The notes beneath the pieces are model-generated. The model was not told where the DNA came from and did not search any database. It saw only the letters and a list, made by a program, of their open reading frames with translations. A program made the translations under genes and the position numbers. From an uncultured delta proteobacterium (GTDB lineage Bacteria > Desulfobacterota > Syntrophorhabdia > Syntrophorhabdales > WCHB1-27), in NCBI GenBank assembly GCA_963818095.1, contig CAWFRA010000011.1, positions 60,074 through 124,073 on the forward strand: a DNA stretch of 64,000 nt, written 5' to 3'. Shown here in pieces: positions 52,510 to 64,000 of this stretch; within the stretch, counting starts at the first letter, position 1, and each line of letters begins with the position of its first letter.

Positions 52510-53685
52510 TCAGTGGATACCCCTAAATCCCTCGCGCGCGCCCACCTCCGGCAGGTGAAGGCGGAGGGACCTGCCCGGCTGCTCTTCCTCGCACGAACCC
52601 TGTATGAACTCCTCGACTGCGCGGTACGCCTCGTCGTCCGGCAATTGCACGGGCGGGTGCTTCATGAAGAAGGCCGCGGGACCCTGCAGGACACCCGATA
52701 TTCCACGGTCGAGGGCCAGCTTGCAGCACCGGATGGCGTCGATGACTATGCCCGCGGAATTCGGCGAATCTTCGACGGACAGGCGCAATTCAATATTGAA
52801 CGGGACGCCGCCGAACATCTTTCCTTCCACCCGGATGAAACAGACTTTATTGTCTTTCTGCCATGGGACGTAGTCGCTAGGACCTACGTGGATGTTCATA
52901 TCGTCCAGGCGCTCGGCCGCGATAGACTGGACGGCCTCGGTCTTGGACGTCTTTTTCGAGGCGAGCCTTTCGCGGTTGAGCATGTTCAGGAAATCGGTGT
53001 TCCCGCCCGTGTTGATCTGGTAGGTGCGCTCGAGCTTGACGCCCCTCTTCCTGAAGAGGTCGACCAGCATCCGGTGGACTATCGTAGCGCCGAGCTGCGA
53101 TTTTACATCGTCCCCGATCAGGGGAAGCCCCTTGGCTTCGAAGCGGGCCGCCCATGCGGGGTCGCTCGCGATGAAAACCGGGATGTTGTTGACGAGCGCG
53201 CAGCCTGCGTCGAGGGCGCATTCCACGTAGAACCGGGCCGCTTGCTCGGACCCGACGGGCAGGTAGTTGAGCAATATCTCTACCCCTGCGTCCCGCAAGG
53301 CCGCAGTCACTTCTTTCTTATCCGGCTCTTTTTCGTCCGAAACCAGGAAGGTGCACGCTTCGGGATAGCCGCCCATGTGGCCCGAGCAGCCGTCGAGGAC
53401 AGCCCCCATCCTGACGCGCGTGCCCATCGGCGTTACGTCCTTGCAGAAGGCGGCCGTGCAGTTCGGCTTCTCGAAGATCGCCTCGGAGACGTCCTTGCCC
53501 ACCTTGCGCCTGTCGATGTCGAAGGCGGCGACTATCTGTATATCGCCCGGCGCGTAGCCGCATATCTCCCGGTGCATCAGGCCGATATCTTCCGCTTCTT
53601 CCGTTTTCCTGTAATAATTGATTCCCTGCACGAGTGAGCTGCAGCAGTTTCCGACGCCGACTACACCGATTCTGATCGGATGCAT
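52510..53685 (-). CDS. ino1: myo-inositol-1-phosphate synthase
   Basis: GVGNCCSSLVQG, NYLPVGS, GDDVKSQLGAT, GGNTDFLNM, SKKTSKT, DSPNSAG. Confidence 0.96.
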   Translation of the reverse strand: MHPIRIGVVGVGNCCSSLVQGINYYRKTEEAEDIGLMHREICGYAPGDIQIVAAFDIDRRKVGKDVSEAIFEKPNCTAAFCKDVTPMGTRVRMGAVLDGCSGHMGGYPEACTFLVSDEKEPDKKEVTAALRDAGVEILLNYLPVGSEQAARFYVECALDAGCALVNNIPVFIASDPAWAARFEAKGLPLIGDDVKSQLGATIVHRMLVDLFRKRGVKLERTYQINTGGNTDFLNMLNRERLASKKTSKTEAVQSIAAERLDDMNIHVGPSDYVPWQKDNKVCFIRVEGKMFGGVPFNIELRLSVEDSPNSAGIVIDAIRCCKLALDRGISGVLQGPAAFFMKHPPVQLPDDEAYRAVEEFIQGSCEEEQPGRSLRLHLPEVGAREGFRGIH

Positions 53686-53692
53686 TCCTACT

Positions 53693-53721
53693 AAGATATG
53701 GGAATCGGGCTGAATTGTCAA
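53693..53721 (-). promoter_or_regulatory. sigma70 promoter of the ino1 operon, probably giving a leaderless or near-leaderless mRNA
   Basis: TTGACA-N17-TATCTT, then 7 nt to the ATG at 53685. Confidence 0.55.
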
Positions 53722-53836
53722 GTGTTTCCGCCGTCTGCGGGGGTGTGCGAGGGGTGAAGCAGGACCGGGCGTCGGACCCGAAAGAGGCGTCTTACCGCCA
53801 TGGATTTCGCTCGCTTTACCTAATCGCTACGCACCG

Positions 53837-54340
53837 CTACCCTTCCGCCTTGATCTCTATTTTTTTCGTCTGCTCCATAGCCCGGGGCGACTTCGGCAGC
53901 ACTATGCTGAGCACCCCGTTCTTGAACGTTGCCTCCACCTTGTCCGGCTGGACTTCTGCCGGCAGGGAAACATAACGCCTGAACGTGCCGTAGCTGCGCT
54001 CGCTGTAACGCACGTCCCGGCCCTCCTCTTTGCGCTCCCATTTCTTCTCGCCGCTGATAGTTATCGAGTTGTCGCCCGACAGCGTTATGTCGATGTCCTC
54101 AGGGCTCATGCCCGGCACTTCTGCGTTTATGCGGACCTGTTTCTCCTCGTCGATCACGTCCACGCTGGGCATGAACTCCTGCGTCCGCCACTCGAAGGGC
54201 CGCAGCCGCAGCATGGGCCATTCCTGGAAGAGATCGTCCATCCACCGGTCCATCATATCCCGCATTGCGGATAAGGACGGCGCGCCCTGGCCTCGCCTGA
54301 CCGGTACGTTCCCCTCTTTCTTAGCCACCTGTTCAGCCAT
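53837..54340 (-). CDS. Hsp20 small heat-shock protein
   Basis: PSVDV, AEVPGM, ERSYGTFRR, ATFKNGVL. Confidence 0.94.
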   Translation of the reverse strand: MAEQVAKKEGNVPVRRGQGAPSLSAMRDMMDRWMDDLFQEWPMLRLRPFEWRTQEFMPSVDVIDEEKQVRINAEVPGMSPEDIDITLSGDNSITISGEKKWERKEEGRDVRYSERSYGTFRRYVSLPAEVQPDKVEATFKNGVLSIVLPKSPRAMEQTKKIEIKAEG

Positions 54341-54449
54341 GAAGCACCTCCATCTCACTGATTGATAGACTAACGTAATGCAGGTGCAAAACCGTTTCAA
54401 TATGCGGCCGCGACACCCTTGCAAACAAAGGATAAAACGCAGAATATTG

Positions 54450-54478
54450 TTGACAATACGGGCATTATAGCCTAATGT
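54450..54478 (+). promoter_or_regulatory. sigma70 promoter for tRNA-Met/HU
   Basis: TTGACA-N17-TAATGT, 8 nt upstream of the tRNA. Confidence 0.6.
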
Positions 54479-54486
54479 AGAAATAA

Positions 54487-54560
54487 GGCGGTGTAGCTCA
54501 GACGGTTAGAGCATGCGGCTCATATCCGCAGTGTCCGGGGTTCAATTCCCTGCACCGCCA
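54487..54560 (+). tRNA. tRNA-Met (CAT), elongator-type; CCA not encoded
   Basis: GGCGGTG/CACCGCC acceptor stem, TAGCTCAG D-arm, TGCGG-CTCATAT-CCGCA anticodon arm, GTTCAATTC T-loop. Confidence 0.93.
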
Positions 54561-54615
54561 TATTGAAAGCGAAAGCTTCCTTTCTACTCGCCCAATTCTC
54601 CAGGAGGTTCAGGCA

Positions 54616-54889
54616 ATGACCAAAGCGGAGTTGATCGCCAGTGTTGCAGCAGAGGCGGGATTAAAGAAATCGGTGGCCGAAAAGGTCCTTACCGCGTTCA
54701 CGGACTGCATTGAAAAAGCATTGCAAGAGCGGGGATAAAGTCACGCTGACCGGCTTCGGCACTTTCCAGTGCGCGCGACGGGCATCGAGGACGGGCAGGA
54801 ACCCGAGGACCGGCAAAGAGATCAAGATACCTGCGTGCAGCATCCCCAAATTCAAGCCCGGCAACAAACTGAAGGAGGCGCTGAAATAG
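54616..54889 (+). CDS. hup: HU family DNA-binding protein (apparent frameshift near 54728)
   Basis: MTKAELI...; [32 protein letters not shown] read directly from DNA (missed by the ORF track). Confidence 0.92.
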
Positions 54890-55470
54890 TGGCCGCGAAA
54901 AGCAAAGGGCCTCTGGTCCCTCTACTCATCATATTGGCAGCTGCGCTCCTCTGGCCGCATTACGCGATGGGCGCGGACAAAAAGGCAAAACGGCCGGCTG
55001 CCAAGCCTGCCCAGTCGGAGTCTGCGGCCGCTGCGACGGTTAACGACGCCAACCTGCACGACTCCCTGCGGACCGCCGAGGACCAGATAAAAAAAGGAAG
55101 GGCCGAAGACGCGCTCCGGATACTACTCGCGGTGCACGGCTACACGTCGGACAGCCTGAAGTTCCTGGCCTGCGCCGGAGAGGCATACGAGAAGGCGCGC
55201 AACGACCCGAACCTCGCGCAGGACAAGAAGGAAACGCTCTACCTGAAACAGCAGAGGATAGGCTCGCTCGTGGACACGGTATACCAAGGCCAGGGGGGAA
55301 GCCGCCTACGACCTGGGCGTCGTCTATGCGAAGAAAGGGGACCGGCACAGGCGAGGAAATATCTCATAGAGGCCTGCCGGACAGTGCCTTTTTCGACCGA
55401 CCCGGCCTCCCTCTGGATGAAGTCGAAAGACGTCTTCCTCAAGATCTCCAATCTGGACGGCGAATTTTAA
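54889..55470 (+). CDS. exported helical (TPR-like) hypothetical protein, probably frameshifted
   Basis: Signal-like LLIILAAALLWP, helical repeats. Confidence 0.55.
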   Translation: MAAKSKGPLVPLLIILAAALLWPHYAMGADKKAKRPAAKPAQSESAAAATVNDANLHDSLRTAEDQIKKGRAEDALRILLAVHGYTSDSLKFLACAGEAYEKARNDPNLAQDKKETLYLKQQRIGSLVDTVYQGQGGSRLRPGRRLCEERGPAQARKYLIEACRTVPFSTDPASLWMKSKDVFLKISNLDGEF

Positions 55471-55522
55471 AGCATTTTCCAAAGATCAGCACCTATCCAC
55501 GGCAAAATCCTGATCACAGTCC

Positions 55523-55548
55523 GTCATTCCGGCGAAAGCCGGAATCCA
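55523..55548. repeat. REP/dRS3-like palindrome
   Basis: GTCATTCCGGC-GAAA-GCCGGAATCCA hairpin between convergent genes. Confidence 0.7.
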
Positions 55549-55551
55549 TTC

Positions 55552-56331
55552 TCAGTCCTTATGGCTAACTGCCCGGCTGCCGGTGACGGATTTAACCGGT
55601 GCTCTGTCGGCGCCCTGTGAGCACGTCTCGTCGCGATGGAGCCGCTTCAGCGCAAGTCCGAAGGTATATTCATACAGGTGAAGCCCCTTGCTGACCGCCA
55701 CTATAGACCCGTCGCCCACGCCTATCTCGTTGCACATGTATTCCTTTAGCAACTGGATAGCTGCAAGGTTCGACGGAAAGCCCGCCCAGAGGTCCCAGCT
55801 CCTGAAATAAAGGACAAAATTGAGCCGGTCGTCCGCCAGGCGCGTATCGATCAGCCGCAGGCACGGAGGGTCTTCGAGAGTTATATCCTGCGGCATGCCG
55901 ACCTCCATGATCGCCTGGTTGGTGCCCCGTCCTTTGCGGTAAATATCGATCACCTGCTGGACCGGGTTGATCCCGAAGGAATACTCCTTCCCATCTATCG
56001 ACACCTTGGGGTTGGTCAGCCTTTCTCCGTACGTATAGACCTCGTTCTCCTGCTTCCTGTCCGTCATCAGGTACTGGAGGTAGTCCTCGACGTATTCCAT
56101 GCTCGTCGGCGCCGGTATGCCCAGCCCGGCAGGTATATCGGGTATCAGCGGCCTTGTCCCGGGGTGGGCTATGTGGACCACGACAAGGTCGAACTCCCGC
56201 CTTTTGACCCCTTCGAAAGAGCCCCTTTCCACCTCGTACTCGTGGACGCCGCTTTCTTCGAAAATCCCGTATATGCACTGGAACCAGGCGTCGGGCAGGT
56301 CCCGCGCCTTTATGACAACCGGCTGCATCAT
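55552..56331 (-). CDS. thyA: thymidylate synthase family (short, archaeal-like ThyA)
   Basis: YTYGERL, PPCL, FRSWDLW.GFP.N, LHLYE. Confidence 0.85.
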   Translation of the reverse strand: MMQPVVIKARDLPDAWFQCIYGIFEESGVHEYEVERGSFEGVKRREFDLVVVHIAHPGTRPLIPDIPAGLGIPAPTSMEYVEDYLQYLMTDRKQENEVYTYGERLTNPKVSIDGKEYSFGINPVQQVIDIYRKGRGTNQAIMEVGMPQDITLEDPPCLRLIDTRLADDRLNFVLYFRSWDLWAGFPSNLAAIQLLKEYMCNEIGVGDGSIVAVSKGLHLYEYTFGLALKRLHRDETCSQGADRAPVKSVTGSRAVSHKD

Positions 56332-56403
56332 GATCCAAACCCCCCGTGTCCGAAAAATGTTTGAGACATTATAACCGAAAACGGCCTGCGACAAGAATAA
56401 GCA

Positions 56404-57933
56404 TCAGGGGCCTTTCGCCGGGTGCGGGAAAACGCTCCTTATGTCCACGAGGGCCAGCCCGTTCCCATCGGCTTTCAAAACGTACGCCTTCAGCGGCTCT
56501 ATATAGCGCTTCCTCTGTTGCCCGCCCAGAAGCTCCACTTTCGCGCTTTCATCCGAAAAATCGAGGGCATACATGCCTTTTTCATCGAATTTTATCTGAC
56601 CGGAAGTATAGACGTCGATGCTGCCGTCTCTGTACCAGAATCGCGGGCCGCATTCATTGGCGAAGGCGCTCGTATCGACCCCGTCGAAAATCAGGACCGA
56701 CCCGTGAGGCAGTACCGGCAGGCGCCCCATCAGGTCGCGCCGCAGCTCATCCGCTTCAAGCGCCCGCTTTACGGATTCTTGCTGCCTGTGCCGGAATATA
56801 TTATCCGACTGGTATATCGAAGCGCCTGCAACGGCAATGACCACGCACGCGGCAACGATGTCCAGCCGGACGGTCTTTATGCCCGACCCGTTCTCGAAAA
56901 GCAAAAAGATGAGCGCCAGAAATGCAGGCAGGGCATAGACGCTGTAGTACGCATACCGATGGTTCGCGAGCATCATGGGGGGTACGAGGGCAAAAAAGAC
57001 CCACAGGGCAAAAAAGAGCATGGTTGCAGCGACGTCACGATCCTTCCTCTTGGAGAAGACGCTTTTCAGGCACAGAAGGAGATAGAAGCCGACCGCCAGG
57101 AAGAAGGCGATGAATGCGGGCTCACGTATCTTAAAAAAAGGCAGGAACGTCCTGAGCATCCAGGCAGGATACGCATACAAGCCTATGAGCACGTGCGCGC
57201 CGACCGGCTTCACCAGGTAAGGGTGCGTGGCAGGGAAGTTGGTATAGAATATCTGCCTGCGGCGACTTTCGGAAGAAAGCTAAGCCCCATTATGAGGACG
57301 AAAAGGATGCCCGCCGCGATTTCGCTTCTGCTCCACGGCGCTTCTTTTCGCTCTTTTGGCGCTGCGTAAATGAAGCGGTATGAAAGAAGAATTGCCGGCA
57401 ATATAACGCCCGATTCCTTCGACAGGACGCTGCACGCAAAAAAGGCAACGCTTAAGAAAAGCCTTCCGTGCAGGTAAGACAGAAACGATAGAAAGAAGAA
57501 GAATGCGCACAGCAAATCATAAGAACCGACCATCCACAGCAGCGGGTCCAGGTTGACCGAAAGGGAAGCGGCGTACAGCAGGGAGACGACGCAGGCGATC
57601 CTGCCGTTGCTCGTTATCTTTCTCACGATCAGGGCAATCATTACCGCGTTGAGAAAATGGATCGAGAGCGCCGCGACGTGAAATGCAAGAGGCTCGGCCC
57701 CGAATAAACGGTACATGGCGAGCATGTACAACTGGGATAACGGCCTGTAGAAAAGCTTCCCTTTGAAGGAGAGTGATCGCGTGTATCACGGAGGAGGGGC
57801 CGGCCGCGCTGAAGTCGTAAAGCCATCCCCAATCGTCCTGGTAAAACGGAATGGCCGCGCAGCGCCAGTAGATCAGGCCCGTAGCGAGCGCGAGAAGGGC
57901 GAGGAACGCCGGCAAGGGATATTTCGGGCGCAT
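56404..57933 (-). CDS. multi-pass membrane glycosyltransferase (GT-C-like), frameshifted
   Basis: QDDW, FYRP, LFG.EPLAFH, SKESG motifs across three ORF pieces. Confidence 0.7.
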
Positions 57934-58166
57934 AAAAATCGTACCGTTGTTCGAGACACTCCCGGAAGAGCTTCTCATAGATATCGGTTATTCTTTCGCC
58001 TTAAGGTTCTCGATATAACCTCGCCGCATCTTACCGCCCGTCCTTTGGATTTGTCAAGCGCGGCCGGAGGATGCCGTCAAAACGACGGCCGCGGAGGGAA
58101 ATTCAGCAGGGTTGTAACCTACAGCCTAAAATAGTATGATAAGGCAAATCTAAGGTGGAAGGGACT

Positions 58167-58805
58167 ATGTTCGTAGAACAGATGGAAGTTGGAGGTTTCG
58201 CGGTTTTCGCTTACCTGGTAGGCTCGGAAAGCGACAGGGGAGGCGCTCGTTATCGACCCTGCCGGCGACCAGGAGATGATCGTAAAGGCGGCCGACAAAA
58301 AGAAGCTGAAGATAAAGTACATCGTTAATACCCACTTCCACATCGACCACATCATGGGCAACCGGAAGATGAAGGACCTGACCGGCGCCAGGATAGTCAT
58401 TCACGAGGCGGAAGCCGCTTATCTCGCCAACCAGTCGAGCCGCACGATAAGCATGTTCGGGGCGGAGCAGTCCCCGGCCGCGGACGAGACGGTCAAGGAA
58501 AACGACCTGATAACCGTGGGCGACGTCTCGCTGAAGGTCATCCACACGCCGGGCCATTCGCCGGGAGCATCTGCCTTTATACAGAAGGTCTCGTCTTCAC
58601 CGGCGACACCCTTTTTGTCAACGCCGTAGGGCGGACCGACCTTGAGGGCGGTTCCTGGCAGACGCTCGTAAATTCTATCCGTACTAAGCTTTTCGTCCTG
58701 CCCGATACGACCGTAGTCCTTCCTGGACACAACTATGGAGAATACCCAAAAAGCACCATTGGAATGGAGAAGGTCAACAACCCTTATGTCGGTTCGCGCG
58801 GTTAG
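58167..58805 (+). CDS. MBL-fold metallo-hydrolase (glyoxalase II-like), frameshifted
   Basis: IDP, THFHIDH, HTPGHSPG, FTGDTLF, PGH. Confidence 0.9.
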
Positions 58806-59693
58806 CAGCAAACTTTTCCTCCCGCTCCTTACGCTTTTTCTCCTCTTTTCGTGCCAGACCGGCCAGCCAGGCAAAATCGCAGCGCCCGGCCCCGCGAAGG
58901 CGACGGTGAAGAAGGAGCCGGTCATCGCCCTCGTCCTCGAGCGGCGGGGGTGCGAAAGGCTTCGCCCACGTTGGCGTGCTGCGCGTCCTGGAGCAGGAAA
59001 AGATACCTATCAGCATGATAATCGGGACGAGCGTGGGCAGCCTCATCGGCGGCCTTTATGCGGCTAATCCGGACAGCTTCCAGCTCGAATGGACCGCCTT
59101 CAGGATCGACCGCAGCGACATATTCGATTTCTCGATAGCTTATTCGAAGATGGGCCCGGTGCAGGGAAACCGCATTGAGGCATTTGTCGACCAGAACGCC
59201 AAGGTCAAGCGGGTGGAAGACACGAAGATACCCTTCATACCCGTTGCCACCGATCTGAACACGGGGGAGACCCTGACGCTCGAAAAAGGCTCCCTTGCGA
59301 AGGCCATCCACGCCTCGGCCGCCATACCGGGCATCTTCGTACCGGTCTCTTTCGGCAGCAGGACGCTCGTGGACGGCGGGGTCACGGACAACTGCGCCTG
59401 CGACATCGCCAGGGCCAGGGGCGCGGACATAGTAATCGCCGTGAGCCTGCAGAAGGACGTCAAGAACTACAAGATCGACTCGCTCATCGATATCATCGCC
59501 CAGTCGATCGATATCATGATGCGCGAGTCGAGCAAAGGGAAGCTGGGCTCGCGCCGATGTCCTGATAGAGCCTGACACGAAGGGCGGCTCGACCTTCGAC
59601 TTCGGCAGGAAGAAGGAGATGATGGACGAGGGCATCAAGGCGGCAAGGCAGGCGATGCCGCGTATCAGGGAACTGATCGAGCGCAAGCGGTAA
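58786..59693 (+). CDS. patatin-like phospholipase lipoprotein, frameshifted
   Basis: LFSC lipobox, GGGAKGFAHVGV, GTSVG nucleophile, DGG. Confidence 0.88.
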
Positions 59694-59716
59694 ATCCGGC
59701 AGCTATACCGGAGCCA

Positions 59717-60706
59717 CTATTTCCGCCCGCCACCCGGCAGCCACAGGTAGTAGAAGCCGGGCTCCAGCGGCGGCATGATCTCCGGCAGGTTTATATCGAT
59801 GAGCGGTGAAAACAGGGTCCCCGCACCGGCGGCGGTATTATATAGGGTGTCGTTCGGGTATTTTGAGTGCCTGTAAACGACTACCCTGGCATCCTCAGGG
59901 AGTCCGGCCAGCTTTTTCGCCTCCTTCACGCTATCCGGCACATAGCCTATTGAATCGATAAGTCCTAACTTCAGCGCCTCGTCCGCCGAGTAGATGCGGG
60001 CAGTTGCGATTTTTTGCAGGTTCTCCGCGCTTATCTTCCTATTCCTGCCAACGAGGTCGATGAATTTCCTGCCCATCTCATCGGTGAGGTCCTGGAGGAT
60101 CTTCCGCTCCTCGGGAGTTGAAGGCCGGAAGGGGGAGCCCATGTCCTTCTCGCTGCCCGACTTGCTCACGTCTACCGCGACGCCGATCTTGTCCATAAGA
60201 CCCGACACCTTCGGCGTAATGAGGATAACGCCGACAGAACCGGTAATGGTGGTGGGATGCGCTATGATGCGGTCCGCAGCGAGCGCCATATAGTAGCCGC
60301 CCGACGCGGCGAGGTCCGCGAACAGGGCGACGACTTTCACGCCTGTCTTCTCCTTGAAATCGACGATCTCCTTATAAATCATGTCGCTCGCCGTAATGGA
60401 GCCGCCCGGCGAGTTGACCTCGAAGATTACAGCCTTCACCTCTTTGTCTTTTTCGGCCAGACGCAGCCTGGAGACGACATCCTCGACCGTGCTCGCCCTC
60501 CCGCTAAACTTGCTGCCCGGTTTGTCCGATATGAACCCAGTCACCGGGATAACAAGTACCTTCTCCTTCCCTTTCCCTTCAATCGTATATTCCTTGATCG
60601 GCTCTCCCGTCGGCCCCCCGATCTGTACCTTCACCCTGAAGCAGGAGGTCGAGAGGAACGCGACTGCAAGGACCAGTATCGCAAACGCCAGGGACTTGAT
60701 TTTCAT
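59717..60706 (-). CDS. sppA: signal peptide peptidase SppA (S49)
   Basis: NSPGG, AASGGYY, TGSVGV, KDMGSPFR. Confidence 0.93.
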   Translation of the reverse strand: MKIKSLAFAILVLAVAFLSTSCFRVKVQIGGPTGEPIKEYTIEGKGKEKVLVIPVTGFISDKPGSKFSGRASTVEDVVSRLRLAEKDKEVKAVIFEVNSPGGSITASDMIYKEIVDFKEKTGVKVVALFADLAASGGYYMALAADRIIAHPTTITGSVGVILITPKVSGLMDKIGVAVDVSKSGSEKDMGSPFRPSTPEERKILQDLTDEMGRKFIDLVGRNRKISAENLQKIATARIYSADEALKLGLIDSIGYVPDSVKEAKKLAGLPEDARVVVYRHSKYPNDTLYNTAAGAGTLFSPLIDINLPEIMPPLEPGFYYLWLPGGGRK

Positions 60707-60866
60707 GGGATTGTCCTTTCGGCCGAAGGGCCTTTTCAATTGTCGCCTGTTCGGGATGCGCTGTCAAGCAAAACAAGCTATGTGAAGCCTTACCCGGCTT
60801 TCTTTTGGCCCGTCATCGTGGTAAAAAATAGGCGTGGTCGGGTCGGGTGCACCTTAATAGGAGAGC

Positions 60867-61788
60867 GTGATGGAAGGGAGGATAGGGCCGATAAGCATAG
60901 TCGGCGCAGGGGCGATGGGCGGCGCTATAGCGTCCATGCTGCACGACGCCGGAGAATGGGTTTCTATCCTTGCGGCCGGCCGGCGGCGGGCACGCCTGGA
61001 GGGCGATGGCCTGATCGTCAACGGAAGACGCTACGACATACCCTTGACCGACGCCGATGCACCCCGGGGACCGGCCGATTTCATCGTAGTCGCGGTGAAG
61101 CACCACGACCTCGACGCGGCCATCGGCCAAATGGCCCGAAGTGTAGGCCCCGCTACCCTCATCATGTCGCTCATGAACGGCGTGGACAGCGAGGAGCGCA
61201 TAGGAGCGGCCTACGGGGACGATCGCGTCCTGCCCGCAGTCATCGTAGGCATCGACGCGCTCCGGGTAGGAAACAGCATCACCTATACAAGCAGGGGAAA
61301 GATATTTTTCGGGGAGGCGGGAGGCGTGCACGACAGGGGCGGTCGGGCGCGTCAGGGCGCTGTTTAACCGCGCGGCCATCCCCTACGAGATACACACCGA
61401 CATAAAGCGCACGATCTGGTGGAAATTCATGATAAACGTCGGCATCAACCAGGCGTCTGCCGCGCTCCGGGCGGATTACGCAGTCTTCCAGAGGCCGGGC
61501 GAGGCGCGCTCCCTCATGGATGCCGCCATGCGGGAGGCCATAGCGATTGCGAAGGAAATGGGCGTCACCCTGACCGAGGCGGACATCGCCGATTGGTACA
61601 AAGTGCTCGACGGCCTGAGACCCGAAGGTAAGACATCGATGCTTCAGGACGTAGAGGCGTGCAGGAAGACCGAAGTGGAGATGCTGGCCGGCAAGGCGAT
61701 CGAGCTGGGCAGGCGCTTCGGCATCGCAACGCCTGTAAACGAAAAACTGTTCGAGGTTATCAGGAAGATCGAGTCATCATACGCGTAG
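60867..61788 (+). CDS. panE: 2-dehydropantoate 2-reductase (frameshift near 61345)
   Basis: VGAGAMG, AVK, MNG, WWKFMIN, TSMLQD..RKTE. Confidence 0.88.
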
Positions 61789-61818
61789 AAGGGAGGGCGA
61801 CCCCTGGCCTGAAGAACC

Positions 61819-63036
61819 CTAATCCCGGCGCGTCTTATCGACCGTGCAGTCCAGCCCGCCCTGAAAAAGCTTCACCCGCACCCGGTCCCCGGCCGCCACC
61901 TGCGCTGCCTCCCTCACTACAGCGGAAGTGTCCGCCCGCAGCGTGATGCTGTAACCCCTTTTCAGGATATTATCCGGGTTCAGGTCCATGAGCCGCTGGC
62001 TGCATGAGGCCAGCCGCACTTTGGCGTCGTTGTAAAGCGCCGAAAACGCGTTCTGCAGGCTGTTGGAAAGCTCGTCCAGGTACATCTTGTGGCGAAGGAG
62101 AATGGCCCTCTGTTCTTTCAGGGCGGCCGCATCCCGCGAAAGGATGAGCCTCGACCGTGCAAGCCGCTGGGCCATAAGGCCGACGAGCCGCTCCCGCACG
62201 GATTGAAGCGTATCAGCCAGCTCCCGCCTGTCCCGCACGACCATGTCGGCCGCTGCGGTAGGGGTGGGCGCCCTCACGTCGGCGACGAAATCGGCTATGG
62301 TGAAATCGATCTCGTGGCCCACCGCTGAGACGATGGGTATCCGGAGGCGAATATGGCCCGTGCCACCGCCTCTTCGTTGAAAGGCAAGGTCTTCGAGGGA
62401 GCCTCCTCCCCGCCCGAGGATGATCACGTCGACGTCGCGCTCGCGTTGAAGTACTCGATGCCTTCGACTATCTCCCGGCACGCCCGGTCGCCCTGCACCC
62501 TCACAGGGTATATGCGGACGGCCATGTTCTCAAACTTACCGAATATAATCTTAAGCATGTCCCTGACCGCCGCGCCCGCGGGCGACGTGACTATGCCGAT
62601 TCTTTTCGGGCAGAAAGGGGAGCGGCTGCTTCCTCTCAGCGTCGAAGAGTGCCCTCGTGTAAGAGCTTTTCCTTAAGCATCTCGAACTTGATCTGCAGAA
62701 GGCCCACGCCTTTCGCCTCTATCACCTCGGCGAGGAGCCGGTACTCGCCCCGTTTCTCGTAGACGTCGATCCGGCCCTTGCAGATGACGGCCGTCCCGTC
62801 CTTGATGCGCATCTGCGCGGACATTTCCCCTCGTAATTGAACATCACGGCCTTTATGCTGCACGGTCGTCCTTGAGCGTAAAATAGAGGTGGCCCGAGGG
62901 GTAGAGCTTGAAGTTGGAGACCTCCCCTCCACGATCACATCACGGAACTGTCTGTAAATGCAATCGCGTGATCCGCGACGTAAGCTGGGAAACGGTGTAG
63001 AGACATGGACCCGGCAATTCGAAGGGCGTATCTCAT
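61819..63036 (-). CDS. xseA: exodeoxyribonuclease VII large subunit (several frameshifts)
   Basis: YTVSQL, VTSP.GAAVRD, RGGGSLEDL, SAVGHEIDFT.ADFVAD.RAPTPT, LKRGYS. Confidence 0.92.

Positions 63037-64000
<964 letters not shown>

Noticed and set aside
54487-54620. tRNA-Met as an integration site
   Set aside because: No integrase or duplicated tRNA 3' end was noticed; HU follows directly.

Overview
64-kb window from a GC-rich anaerobic bacterium. Gene content (PxxKW protein, rplM-rpsI-argC, rph-rdgB, TRAP plus aryl/acyl-CoA ligase, UPF0280/NIL-ferredoxin) suggests Desulfobacterota/Deltaproteobacteria, possibly Syntrophorhabdaceae-like; this is an inference. It holds about 65 genes and one tRNA-Met(CAT). 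I saw no CRISPR array, transposase or prophage. Many genes, including normally essential ones (rplM, trxB, HU, iscS), are split by single-base indels, most likely long-read assembly errors, so I report them as whole CDSs. The strongest candidates for something undescribed are four. (1) An 8-gene operon (43972-53685, minus) couples myo-inositol-1-phosphate synthase, a HAD phosphatase, a nucleotidyltransferase, a flippase-like membrane protein and a CDP-alcohol phosphotransferase to a TolC/HpnN-like MMPL/HpnM-MlaC lipid export module, with no hopanoid genes in the window; it may be an inositol-lipid make-and-export system. (2) An accessory island (15964-22416) carries an MFS transporter, two tandem paralogous secreted helical proteins of no recognisable family, and two amidohydrolase-3 paralogs, one with altered metal ligands. 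(3) A shrunken type IIG restriction-modification homolog has lost both nuclease and methyltransferase catalytic motifs. (4) A cysE-UPF0280-NIL/ferredoxin-iscS-mtaB sulfur operon sits behind an IscR/Rrf2-like palindrome.
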